This document shows, piece by piece, positions 9,642-18,963 of a DNA stretch of 64,000 bases. Source of the DNA: Trueperaceae bacterium. Lineage in GTDB: Bacteria; Deinococcota; Deinococci; Deinococcales; Trueperaceae. The stretch spans positions 1,472,001 to 1,536,000 of the forward strand of contig OZ243956.1 of assembly GCA_965214405.1 (NCBI GenBank). The letters run 5' to 3'. The notes beneath the pieces were generated by a model, which saw only the letters and a program-made list of their open reading frames with translations, did not search any database and was not told the DNA's origin. A program made the translations under genes and the position numbers. Within the stretch, counting starts at the first letter, position 1, and each line of letters begins with the position of its first letter.

Positions 9642-12600
9642 TCCGCCCCCTCCCGGACGAGCCCCGCGTCCACCGCCTCGGTTGCCGCCCCGGCCTCTAA
9701 GCGGTACAAACCTGTCCGGGCCGTGTGCGGGTCTACATCGGCGTCTCGAGCCGCGTCGTCGCCGCGCCCGTAGGGGGAAAAGCGGTAACCCGCGGGTGGG
9801 TTGAACTCGAGGAAGTACGCACCCGGCTCCAAACGCCGGAACTGATAGCGCCCGCGCGCGTCGGTTCGGGTTGTGGCGACGCGTTGCGCGTTGCTGTCAA
9901 GGTCTTGGCCGTTCACGCTTTTGCCGTGAGGAACCATGTAAAGCGTGACGGTGACGTCACCCACACCCGCCTCACTCTCGCCCTGCACCCCGTCAGCGTT
10001 ACTATCCAAAAAGACGCGGTCGCCAATCGAACCGCCGCCGCAACTCCACTCCTCGTCAAAAGCAAAGTCCAGACGTAACGAGAAACCGGGTTTGGCGCTC
10101 AGGGCCGCCGTGGGCGCGGCTAAACCCTCGCCCGCGGTGTACCCGCCGACGCCGTAGAGGCCGCAGCCGAGCTTTTGGGACACCTCCAGGGTCGCGCCCA
10201 GCCCCACGTCGCCCGCCGTTACGTCGTGATAGAGGTGACCAAAGCCGCTCACCCCGCCGCCGCGCCAGGGGTAGGCGCTCGCGCCGAGGATAAACATCTG
10301 GCTAAAGCCGCCCTTGTAGCGGTAGAGGTAGCCTCCCTGGAGCGCCCACGCGTCGCCCACGGGCACGGTGAGGCGGGAGTCACCCTCTAAGCTGGCGACT
10401 CCCTCGGGGGCGAGTGAGCCGAACGCGCCCGTGTGGTTGGCAAGGATGCTCAAGTTCTCGCCGCGGTAAGCCGCGGCCAAGCCTAACCGGAAGCCTTGGT
10501 CGGCACCCTCACCCCTGCTTTCTGAGAGATAGTCTAGTGTCATACTGCCAAACAGGTCTTCGTTGAGCGCGAACACCGCGCTGCTTGTTAGCACATGTTT
10601 AACGCCCTCGCCAAAACGGAGCTCGTAACGGGCGTCCGCGTTGTAGTCGCGTTCGTTGTACGTCGCGCCGAGCGAAAGCACGGTGGTGTCCTCGCCGCCC
10701 CCGTTTTCGTCTCCGCCGAACTCGAGCGTCTGGTCGATGGACCCTTCTATGCTCAGCCGGTCGTTGACCGGATAGAGGCTGCTGACCCCCACCCGGACGC
10801 GACCCGCCTCGCCCGACACGCCCCCGGCGAGCTCGTACTGGGCGGTCACGGTGGTGGTGCCCAAGTCCGTCGTTGGGTCGGGACGCCTGCACACGCCGAT
10901 CTGGCAAACCGCGCTCAAGAGATCGTTTGTCTCAAACCCGGACTCTAAACCCAGAAAGAGCGCGTTGCCCTCGCCCCACACTAAGCGGTCGGTGAGGCGC
11001 AAGGCGAGGCTGCCGCTTATCTGGTAGGCCACGCTAAAGTCCGTCGAAGAGGCGTCGCCCGCGAGCCCTTGACGGTGCGTAATGGCGACTTCGGTGCCCG
11101 CCAGACCCGCTAGGTCGCGCAGGCCCAGCGAGCCGACGAGTTGCAGCGTCCCATTTTGGACGCCTAAACCAAAGCCCACGCTGGGTTTCTCGCCTAAGCG
11201 CGCGCCGCCCAAGAAGAGCGCGCCGCGCCCGCTATACGCGCCGTAGAGCGTGCCGTTATAGCTCAGTCCGGCGCTCCCGCGCCCAAAAGCGCCGCTCAGC
11301 GCCACCGCGACCTCGGGCGAAACCGCAAAGGCCACGTCGGCCTGGAGGAAGTGTCCCGCCGCGCGCTCCCCGTCGGTCTCGGTCTGGACGGTTGCCGAGC
11401 GGTAGCCCTCGCCCTGGTAGCGGTAGCGGCCCTCGGCGGCGACGGGACCGCGTTCAAAACGAACCCCGGCGCTCGCGCCCACGCCGCCCTCACTGCCTTT
11501 GCGTCCGTACGCCACCTCGGCGTCGCCGCGCAGGGTGTCGGTGCCCGCGACCACCCCGGCGCTCGCCACCCGCACAGGAGAAGCGCCCGCGCGGCCCTCC
11601 TCGTACGCGCCCACGCGCACCACCACGCCGCCCAAGTCATACGCCACGCCCACGCCGAACTGAAGCGCCCTGGGCGCTCCGGCCTCGTCCAGTACGCGGT
11701 AACTCAGCACCAGCACGTAGGGATAGCCGTTAAGGTCTGCAAGCGGCAGAGGCCGCGCGAGTTGCAGCACGCCCGTCACCTCATCCAAGGTGTAGTCGAT
11801 GAGCGGCGTCAAGTAACCCAAAAGAGCATCATCAACACCCGCTTCCGTCTCGTCTAGTACGCTGTTGTCAAAGGGGTCGCGCTTGACCACGCGCACGGTG
11901 AGCGAGCCCGGCTCAACGGGCGCGCGCGGCAGCCGGTACAAAGAGGTCCCGTCCGAAGGAAGGATAAGCTCCACGAAGTTAGCGAGATTTTCATAGGCCA
12001 GGTAACCGCGCGCGGTGAGGCCGCCCGCGACGTAAGCGCCGCTCAGACCCGTGTAAGGGCGCGCGAGGTCTAAGAATGCGCCGTCCAGCACGGTGACAAA
12101 GTCGCCGTACTGGAGGTAAGACAAGTCGCGCTCGAGCCTCAAAAAGAGCCCGTCCCGGCTCGTTGCGTCCGAGGTGAGGGGGCCGCTCGAGCCGGTAATG
12201 GGGAAACGTTCATAGGGATTGCCGACTAAGCCTAACTGACCCCGCTCGCCGCCCACGGTGCTGTCCACCGTACTATCTGCTGCGACTGTCAATAAGTAGT
12301 CGTCAAACACGGTGCCGCGCACAAAAAAGCTCGTTTGCAAACCGAAATGCGCGCCTTCGCCCGGCGTGAGGGTCAGCCCAGCGCTACCCGAGCCGCTCGC
12401 GATCCACGGGCGCAGGCCGCTGCCTATCACAAAACGCGTCACAAGCGGCTCGCGGCCCAGCACGGCGGTGATGCTCAGGTCGCCGGGGACGGGGGGAGAA
12501 AGGAGCGCCAAGCGCCCCACGCCGTCCGTGTAGCGGAGCTGATAGCCCACCGCCTGCGGGTCGGCGTCCATAATGGCGGGGAGCGCGCCCGCGAACTCGA

Positions 12601-14893
12601 GCGTTACAAAGCCGTCCATCGGCGCTTTGCCCCACGCGTCAGTCACTTCCACGTCAAACAAAAGGGGCGTCGCGGCGTCGGCGACGAGGTCGCCCACGGG
12701 GGTGATGACGGTCTCTGCGGGCGACCCTGCCAAAAAGACGGTCACCTCGTCTTCTAAAAGCTCGCCTGTGGGAGCGCGGCTCTCGAGCACCACCTCGTTA
12801 GGCCCCGCCGCGAGTCTGACGCCGACGAAAGAAAAAGTCTGACGCCCGCGGCCCTCGTCGTAGCGGCGCGTGCCGAGCGTGTCGGCGGCGACGGGCGCGC
12901 CGTTGACGCTGAGCGTCACCTCGTCACTGAGGGGCGTGTCCACGGTCACCGTAATCGCGTCGCGGGTGCGGAGCGCGAGACCGTCTTCGGGCGAGAGGAT
13001 GACGGCACCCTCATACGTAGCTTCAGTGTCATCCGGAGCCGCGGGGGACGCGTCAGGAGCAGACACGGCGGACACATCGGGAGCGGGGACTCCCGCCGCC
13101 TCGTCCGGCGCAAAGGGCACGTCCTGTTGGGTGATGAGGCCGGGGGCGAGACGCACGCGCCACAAGCCCGGCTTGTCCTCGTTGCGCGTCGGCAGGAGAA
13201 GCAGGGGCGGGGCGGTGGTCGTGTCAACGCGCAATGTGGTGAGGCCGGGGCCGAGGTCGGGAAAGGTGTAGCGGCCTTTCACGTCGGTAATGGTGGACAA
13301 GCCGTTCGAGAGGTAGAGCCTCAGACCCTCAACAGGCGTATCCGTCGCCTCGTCGAACCGGCGGTTTCCGTCCACGTCCACGAACGCGCGGCCCATGAGC
13401 ACGGCTCGAGTCCTAAAAATCCCCGCCTCGACGGGCGTCACCACCGTGTCGCCGCGCTCCATCAGCGTTTCCCCCCGGAGACCGTTCGCGGTGAGCGCGG
13501 CGCGGTTCGTGAGGTCGTTTTTGGTGAGCGCGCCCCCGTCCACGCGCACCTCGAAGCGCACCGTCGCCTCCTCGAGAGGCTCCAAGGCGGCCAGGGTCCA
13601 GCGCAGCGTTTCGGTCCCGCCTGTGGGCTCCCGCTCGGGCTCGAGCCGCGTCTCGGTACCGTCGGGTTCTATGAGGCGGCTCGAGCCTTCCGCGTAAGTC
13701 ACGCCCTCGGGCAAGTTGTCGCTAAGCTCTAAGTTGGTGAGCGGCACCTCGGCGGAAGGGTTGCGCGCGAGCAGGCTGTAGGAGAGCGTGTCGCCGACCG
13801 AGACCCGCGCGGGCGTGGCAGTTTTTTCTAAAAAGAGCTCGGGCGAGCCCAGCGTGTGGCGCAAGGTGGTGCTGCACGCCTCGTCGTGGAGGTCGGCAGC
13901 CACGCAAGCGCGGTTTTCTATGATGGCGTTAGCGTCAGCGTCCGCGCGCACCGAGGTTGTGACCTCGAGCCGCACCGTCATCCCCGCGGGCAACGCGCCA
14001 AAGCGCCAGGTCAGCGTAGCGCCCTCAAAGCTTGCGGCGACGTCCGCACGGAGCCCCGTCTCGGGGTCGGTGACGCTGCCGTCGGTATACGACACGGGCG
14101 CGTCGAGGTCAGAATCGAGCACGTCTGTCACCACCGCGCCCGCCAACGCGGTGCCCACCACCCTGAAAGAAATCTCGTAGCGAACTTCGGCACCAGGGTA
14201 AAGGGGCGTTTCGGCGGGAGGTTGGGAGGTCTTTTCGGGCGTAGAAAAACCCGTGAGCGGCACGGTGACTTGGGCAACGTTATCGGCGTCCACGCTCTCT
14301 ATAGAACCAGCAGAACCGGCGCACGCGCCCACGAGGTTGATAAATATCTCACCGGAGCCGCGCGCGGGCTCCACTTCGGCAAAAAGCGTCACCGTCTCAT
14401 CTGGGGCGAGCGCCTCGAGCCGCGTGACGGCAACGTCCGCGTCGTCTTTGGTTCCGTTGCGATTACCGTCTAAAAATAATTGCGTGCGCTTGGGCTCGAG
14501 CGTGCTCTCGCCCTCCACATCAATACGGAGGTCGTAGGTGTTAGCCGCGTTGCCCGTGTTGGTCAAGCCGTAAACCAGATAGACGGCCCCGCCCGGCGCG
14601 GCAGTCGCGCGCTGACCGGGTGAGGCCGCGCTACCGTTGGGTAAAATAGAGAGGCTGCAAAGCGACTGCACCACCGTGGTGACGCTGTTGGACGGGACGG
14701 ATTCGCTCGAGCCGTCCGTCCGCACAAACGTGACCGTCGCCTGGTTGGTAATAGAGGTGCCCGCAGGCGTGCCCGCGGCGGGCGCGGACGAGACAACACA
14801 TAAAATAAGAGTGAAAATAAGGGTCAGGAACGAGACCTGCGTGGCAAGGTGCCCCCTTGGCCCCCGCGTGGTTCGGTTCGTGGTGAAGTACAA
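9638..14893 (-). CDS. Large exported protein: DUF11 repeats, SdrD-B-like domains and predicted outer-membrane beta-barrel
   Basis: TTG start with GGAG RBS; signal peptide; two DUF11 repeats; GRAFVDVDGN and SIGDRVFLDSNADG SdrD-B-like repeats; long Gly/aromatic amphipathic strand region. Confidence 0.78.
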   Translation of the reverse strand: MYFTTNRTTRGPRGHLATQVSFLTLIFTLILCVVSSAPAAGTPAGTSITNQATVTFVRTDGSSESVPSNSVTTVVQSLCSLSILPNGSAASPGQRATAAPGGAVYLVYGLTNTGNAANTYDLRIDVEGESTLEPKRTQLFLDGNRNGTKDDADVAVTRLEALAPDETVTLFAEVEPARGSGEIFINLVGACAGSAGSIESVDADNVAQVTVPLTGFSTPEKTSQPPAETPLYPGAEVRYEISFRVVGTALAGAVVTDVLDSDLDAPVSYTDGSVTDPETGLRADVAASFEGATLTWRFGALPAGMTVRLEVTTSVRADADANAIIENRACVAADLHDEACSTTLRHTLGSPELFLEKTATPARVSVGDTLSYSLLARNPSAEVPLTNLELSDNLPEGVTYAEGSSRLIEPDGTETRLEPEREPTGGTETLRWTLAALEPLEEATVRFEVRVDGGALTKNDLTNRAALTANGLRGETLMERGDTVVTPVEAGIFRTRAVLMGRAFVDVDGNRRFDEATDTPVEGLRLYLSNGLSTITDVKGRYTFPDLGPGLTTLRVDTTTAPPLLLLPTRNEDKPGLWRVRLAPGLITQQDVPFAPDEAAGVPAPDVSAVSAPDASPAAPDDTEATYEGAVILSPEDGLALRTRDAITVTVDTPLSDEVTLSVNGAPVAADTLGTRRYDEGRGRQTFSFVGVRLAAGPNEVVLESRAPTGELLEDEVTVFLAGSPAETVITPVGDLVADAATPLLFDVEVTDAWGKAPMDGFVTLEFAGALPAIMDADPQAVGYQLRYTDGVGRLALLSPPVPGDLSITAVLGREPLVTRFVIGSGLRPWIASGSGSAGLTLTPGEGAHFGLQTSFFVRGTVFDDYLLTVAADSTVDSTVGGERGQLGLVGNPYERFPITGSSGPLTSDATSRDGLFLRLERDLSYLQYGDFVTVLDGAFLDLARPYTGLSGAYVAGGLTARGYLAYENLANFVELILPSDGTSLYRLPRAPVEPGSLTVRVVKRDPFDNSVLDETEAGVDDALLGYLTPLIDYTLDEVTGVLQLARPLPLADLNGYPYVLVLSYRVLDEAGAPRALQFGVGVAYDLGGVVVRVGAYEEGRAGASPVRVASAGVVAGTDTLRGDAEVAYGRKGSEGGVGASAGVRFERGPVAAEGRYRYQGEGYRSATVQTETDGERAAGHFLQADVAFAVSPEVAVALSGAFGRGSAGLSYNGTLYGAYSGRGALFLGGARLGEKPSVGFGLGVQNGTLQLVGSLGLRDLAGLAGTEVAITHRQGLAGDASSTDFSVAYQISGSLALRLTDRLVWGEGNALFLGLESGFETNDLLSAVCQIGVCRRPDPTTDLGTTTVTAQYELAGGVSGEAGRVRVGVSSLYPVNDRLSIEGSIDQTLEFGGDENGGGEDTTVLSLGATYNERDYNADARYELRFGEGVKHVLTSSAVFALNEDLFGSMTLDYLSESRGEGADQGFRLGLAAAYRGENLSILANHTGAFGSLAPEGVASLEGDSRLTVPVGDAWALQGGYLYRYKGGFSQMFILGASAYPWRGGGVSGFGHLYHDVTAGDVGLGATLEVSQKLGCGLYGVGGYTAGEGLAAPTAALSAKPGFSLRLDFAFDEEWSCGGGSIGDRVFLDSNADGVQGESEAGVGDVTVTLYMVPHGKSVNGQDLDSNAQRVATTRTDARGRYQFRRLEPGAYFLEFNPPAGYRFSPYGRGDDAARDADVDPHTARTGLYRLEAGAATEAVDAGLVREGAE

Positions 14894-14911
14894 AATGGCG
14901 CTCCTGTGAGG

Positions 14912-14939
14912 GTCTGCTCCGGCGTGAACCGGAGCAGAC
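14912..14939 (-). promoter_or_regulatory. Intercistronic 11-bp stem-loop (mRNA stabiliser/attenuator candidate)
   Basis: GTCTGCTCCGG-cgtgaa-CCGGAGCAGAC, with no U-tract on the minus strand. Confidence 0.6.
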
Positions 14940-14964
14940 TGAGAGTAGGTGTGGGCTAAGCCGC

Positions 14965-17880
14965 TTACTTAACCTTTACGACAAACGTCACGGTGAGCGT
15001 CGCAGCTTGCGGCATCGTGTCGGCGTCCGTAATGGTGTTGTCGCCATTCGTGTCCACCGCCACGTAGACGGTTCCGCCCGCCGCGAGCGAGGAAAGCGAA
15101 GAGCGCCAAGTTACACTCGCGGGATTGGTGGAGGTGTAGTTGCTCGAGTAGAGCACCGCGCTGTTTGTCGCGTAGCCCGTGCCCACCGCGCTCACCGATT
15201 GGAAGTCGGTAAAGCCGCTTAGCGCGTCGCGCACGACGACTTGCTGAAGGGCGCTGTTGCCCTTGTTGTTGGCGACGATGGTGTAGCACAAGAAGTCGCC
15301 GGGGTTGGCGTCGTCGCCCTGGACGGTATTGTTATTGCGATCGACGCGGTTGACGGTGCTGCTGCACGTTGTCGGGGTGGGTTGCGCGCCGTCAAAGGTC
15401 ACGGCGGATTTAGCGAGCTCTAACGACCCACCCACAACCTTTGTCACGTCCGTGACGCTGTCGGACGCGACTGCGCCGCTCGAGTAGGTCGCGGTTGCGG
15501 TGATGGTTGCCGTTTCAGTCTCACCCACACGCGCGTCGAAGGGTGTCGGCGCAGGCACCGTTACCCGCACCAGGAGGCCCCTGGAGCCGCCCGCGGGTAC
15601 GGTCAAGTTGCTGATGCTGGCGCTATAGTTCGTGCCGCCGTCGACCGAATAGGCGTAAGTCCAGCCGTTGGCGCTCGTATAGGCGGGAATATTGACCGTC
15701 GCGTCGGTGTTGCCGCTATTGGTTAGCGTGTGGGTGTAGGTCACAGCGCCGCTATAAGTCACGTTCTGGCCGGGATTCTCGATGTTGTCGTAGTTGGGCG
15801 TGAACGAGAACTCGGTGACCTCATTGACAGTTACCGTTGTCGAGACCGTGTCGCTGCTCCGGGTCGAGTCTTTGTCGCTGGTCACCGCGAACGCAAGCGG
15901 GTAGGCGGCGGGAGACGCGCCCGCGGGTATGGTCACAACGGCGGCGTAACAGATAGTCTCGCCTACGTTGACGGTGCCCGAGTTGGTTTCCGCAGCACCG
16001 TTTGCGACGCCGTCGCAGTTGCTGTCGATCCTAAATACGACGCTCCAGCCTGCGGGAAGGGTCGGGGCGATCATCTCAAAGCTGTCCTTTTGCGCGCCGG
16101 TATTGGCAAGCTCGAGCGGGAAGACAATCGTCGTGCCCGGGTTTGCCGTGACGCCCGCGGGGTCGTCGTCTGTGGCGTCACCGTCGCCCGCCTGGCCGCC
16201 CCGCACGCCGTCGCTGTTCGTCGCCAAGTCCACGCTGTAGCCACCCTGCGGCGCAGGAATCTCGTCGAGCGTGACGTCGGACGGGTTGCCGGGGCCGTTT
16301 TGAGAGGTGGCGGTGAGCGTGGTGGTGCTCGCCACGCCTCCTACGGGCACATTGACCTTGACCACGACGTTGGCTGCGCCGCCTGCGACCACGCTCACTT
16401 GCGAATTCGTAAGCGGCGTTAAACCGTTGCTCTCGTAAAGCGTGACGGTATACCCTTGAGCGTTGGTGACGGCGAGCGTGTAGGTGTCGGTCGCGTTGCC
16501 GGGGTTCTTGATGGTGTTGACGAAAGCGACGGTGTCGCCTGTGTAGACGGAGCTGGTGACCGTTTGAGCGTCCGTTCGGGCGCTGTGAGAGCCTGAAAAG
16601 GAATAGGTCCAGGTTTTACCGTTGTCGGGGTCCGTATAGGTTACACCCGTTGTACTGAGAGTGTCGCCGCCCGTTTCCGTTGCCGAGGGCTGGCCCCGCG
16701 GGCCGACCGCCACGCCGTACGTTGCGTCTACGGTGCTCGTGACCGGCGGAGTAGTAAAGGTTTCGTCACCGTCGTTGGCGTCGCCGTCGCCGTTGGCGTC
16801 GTAGCGGAGCGTGGCGGCGTTAGCATAAGAAGTCGCAGCGGCGGCGTTGGACGGAACCCGCACGTTGAACGCGAGGCTGTAAGTCGCGCCCGCCGAGAAG
16901 AACTGACCCGTACCCTCAACAAGCAGGCCCAGCGCGTTCACGCCGCTCGCGGGCTGCGTCGCCGTCCAAGTCGTTCCCCCGTCAACCGAATAAAGCACGA
17001 CGGCTGTTCCCGCCCCCGTCGTAGGCGTAACGCTACCCGCCGCGCTCCCGGCGTAGCTTAAGCCGCTCGGGATGACGTCGGTAACCAAGAAACCGGTTCT
17101 GGCCGCACCGTCCACCGTCACCACGTTGCTGAGCGCGTAGGCGGCGGTGCCCCCTAGGTTTTTGCCCGAAAGCGTGTAAGTCATCACGTCATTGGGAACG
17201 ACGTTTGTCTTATTGGCGGTTTTTGAGAGCGTCACGTTGGGCGGCGTTTTGGCGACCACCTGCGACCAGTTGTTGACATCAGCCACGGTGGGCGCAGCAT
17301 TAAAGGAACCCTCGAGGTTCAAGTTGCCGACTTGATTGTTGTTCGCTCCCGTCTGGTCGGGGATTTTCACCTTAACGACGATGTAGGCTTCTCCATCGGC
17401 ACCGAGCGCGACGGAAGAAACGGTAGTATCGCCCGGTGCGGGCCGGTCACCGGGGGCGGCAACCTGGTAAAGCTCGAGCACCGTAAAGTTAAAGTCGTCA
17501 AACGCGCCCTGCTTACCGAAAAGGTTTATCAGGTCCGTTTCACCCGTTTTGGTGTTGCTCGTGTTCGTGACGGTGTACTCGAAAAAGAGTTCGCCTTGTA
17601 AAAGGCCCGTTTTTGTCTGCCCAAACGTCGCAACCTCGTCTTCAGTTGCGGTGGGGGCACCGTTGGCGTCCAAAGAGTTGGGCGCGATGGTTAAGCTGTA
17701 GACCTTTTGCACCACCGTCACGACTTCGTTGGACTGGGCGGTCTGGGTTTGACCGCTCGAGTCCACATAACTCGCTTGCGCGGTGTTCTTGATTTGTGTG
17801 TCGGCCTTCGTGCCCGCCGCAAACGCTGCGCCAAAAAGCAGCGTCAGCAAGAAGAGAGCTAGGGCGAGGGTTCGTTTCAT
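14965..17880 (-). CDS. Secreted DUF11/Ig-repeat protein; predicted major filament subunit
   Basis: Signal peptide MKRTLALALFLLTLLFGAAFA; mature start AGTKADTQIKNTAQASY; Thr/Ala/Gly-rich Ig repeats; last DUF11 repeat truncated at LTVTFVVKVK-stop; AGGAG RBS. Confidence 0.85.
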   Translation of the reverse strand: MKRTLALALFLLTLLFGAAFAAGTKADTQIKNTAQASYVDSSGQTQTAQSNEVVTVVQKVYSLTIAPNSLDANGAPTATEDEVATFGQTKTGLLQGELFFEYTVTNTSNTKTGETDLINLFGKQGAFDDFNFTVLELYQVAAPGDRPAPGDTTVSSVALGADGEAYIVVKVKIPDQTGANNNQVGNLNLEGSFNAAPTVADVNNWSQVVAKTPPNVTLSKTANKTNVVPNDVMTYTLSGKNLGGTAAYALSNVVTVDGAARTGFLVTDVIPSGLSYAGSAAGSVTPTTGAGTAVVLYSVDGGTTWTATQPASGVNALGLLVEGTGQFFSAGATYSLAFNVRVPSNAAAATSYANAATLRYDANGDGDANDGDETFTTPPVTSTVDATYGVAVGPRGQPSATETGGDTLSTTGVTYTDPDNGKTWTYSFSGSHSARTDAQTVTSSVYTGDTVAFVNTIKNPGNATDTYTLAVTNAQGYTVTLYESNGLTPLTNSQVSVVAGGAANVVVKVNVPVGGVASTTTLTATSQNGPGNPSDVTLDEIPAPQGGYSVDLATNSDGVRGGQAGDGDATDDDPAGVTANPGTTIVFPLELANTGAQKDSFEMIAPTLPAGWSVVFRIDSNCDGVANGAAETNSGTVNVGETICYAAVVTIPAGASPAAYPLAFAVTSDKDSTRSSDTVSTTVTVNEVTEFSFTPNYDNIENPGQNVTYSGAVTYTHTLTNSGNTDATVNIPAYTSANGWTYAYSVDGGTNYSASISNLTVPAGGSRGLLVRVTVPAPTPFDARVGETETATITATATYSSGAVASDSVTDVTKVVGGSLELAKSAVTFDGAQPTPTTCSSTVNRVDRNNNTVQGDDANPGDFLCYTIVANNKGNSALQQVVVRDALSGFTDFQSVSAVGTGYATNSAVLYSSNYTSTNPASVTWRSSLSSLAAGGTVYVAVDTNGDNTITDADTMPQAATLTVTFVVKVK

Positions 17881-18040
17881 ATGGGTCTCCTAGAGAAAAT
17901 AGGGGTGAGGTGGGGCGGGGCGGCGCGAGGTGGCAGTAGAACAAGTGCGCGTTCGGACTGCGGGGCGGATTCTGAGGTGGGCTGTGTGCCGGATGGGGGG
18001 GGCGGTACGGTGTGCGGAAGTTCGGATAACTACACGCAAC

Positions 18041-18556
18041 CTAGCGAACGGTGACGCGGTAGCGAAAGTTCATACTCGCCTCGGGTGCCAAGGGCGTCAA
18101 CAGGAGCCAGCGAACCGCGTTGTATTGCGACGGGTCGGCGACGACTTCCTCTTCTTCACCCTCTTCGTTGGTCACCATTATCATCACCGGGGGCTCCGCA
18201 AAGGTCTCGCCGCCGTCGGCGGAAAACTCTAAGCGCGCGGCTTCCGCGGGCGTGGCCGACGGGAAATACTGCACTTCGCTCGGCACGGGTCCGGTAAGCG
18301 CCAACCCCTCCGGCAGGGTTTCGCCGCTCTGGTTTTGGACCGCTAAGCGGTACTCCAGGACCTCACCGGGCGTGGCCGTTTCGGCTGACGAAAAGCGCTC
18401 CTCGGTGGTGCCATCGTCCAAGGTCACGGTGGTGACGAGGTAGGACTCGAGCGTGACCGCCACGGGCTCCACCTGGGCCTCTCCCTGCGCTCCAGCCCAC
18501 AAGGGACACAGCGCCACAAACAGCGCCACAACAAGAACACACACATAACGTCTCAT
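18041..18556 (-). CDS. Small secreted single DUF11-like protein; predicted cap/chaperone
   Basis: Start moved to ATG 18556 (AGGAG RBS, signal peptide MRRYVCVLVVALF...); ATPGEVLEYRL...FSADGGETF...LAPEASMNFRYRVTVR-stop. Confidence 0.8.
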   Translation of the reverse strand: MRRYVCVLVVALFVALCPLWAGAQGEAQVEPVAVTLESYLVTTVTLDDGTTEERFSSAETATPGEVLEYRLAVQNQSGETLPEGLALTGPVPSEVQYFPSATPAEAARLEFSADGGETFAEPPVMIMVTNEEGEEEEVVADPSQYNAVRWLLLTPLAPEASMNFRYRVTVR

Positions 18557-18963
18557 AAAATCTCCTGACACCCCTAAAATTTCCTCTGGTGGTTTCGACA
18601 GGCTGAGGCGGCCTCTCTTTGTGCCGCACACCCGTCAACCTTGACCATTGTTGCCGAACGCGCAAAAGCGCGTTATGAAAGATTCTGCCTCGGCCTTAAA
18701 GAGTGAACTTTTCGTCCGTTCTGGACGTAACATTCTCTACATCTCAGGGCGGTTGTCATCCTCTCGTAGACTTCTTCACGACCCCTTGTGGCCTATGCGG
18801 GTCCTCGCCCCCCACCCCCGGAGTATGGTGGAAGGGTGCGGGGTCTTGTTGAAAAGTTTGACCGTCCTAAACGTGCGGTGCGGACCGCGGTAACGGCCGA
18901 GCTGACGGCTGGGTCAACGGCTGGGTCAACGGCTGGGTCGGCGCGTTCAGGAAGCGGCGCAGC

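Noticed and set aside
6474..18443. Numerous plus-strand ORFs over the DUF11 operon
   Set aside because: Antisense shadows typical of high-GC coding DNA; no motifs or RBS.
6567..18556. Operon as a classical chaperone-usher, sortase or type IV pilus locus
   Set aside because: No PapD/PapC-like motifs, LPXTG or sortase, prepilin cleavage motif or assembly ATPase were seen.
18905..18939. Short repeats here and at 41685, 61877 and 63111 as CRISPR arrays
   Set aside because: Units are 9-15 bp, directly tandem, without spacers, and there are no cas genes.
18557..18960. Possible c-di-GMP riboswitch ahead of the filament operon
   Set aside because: I could not match class I or class II consensus elements by eye; only an Rfam scan could settle it.
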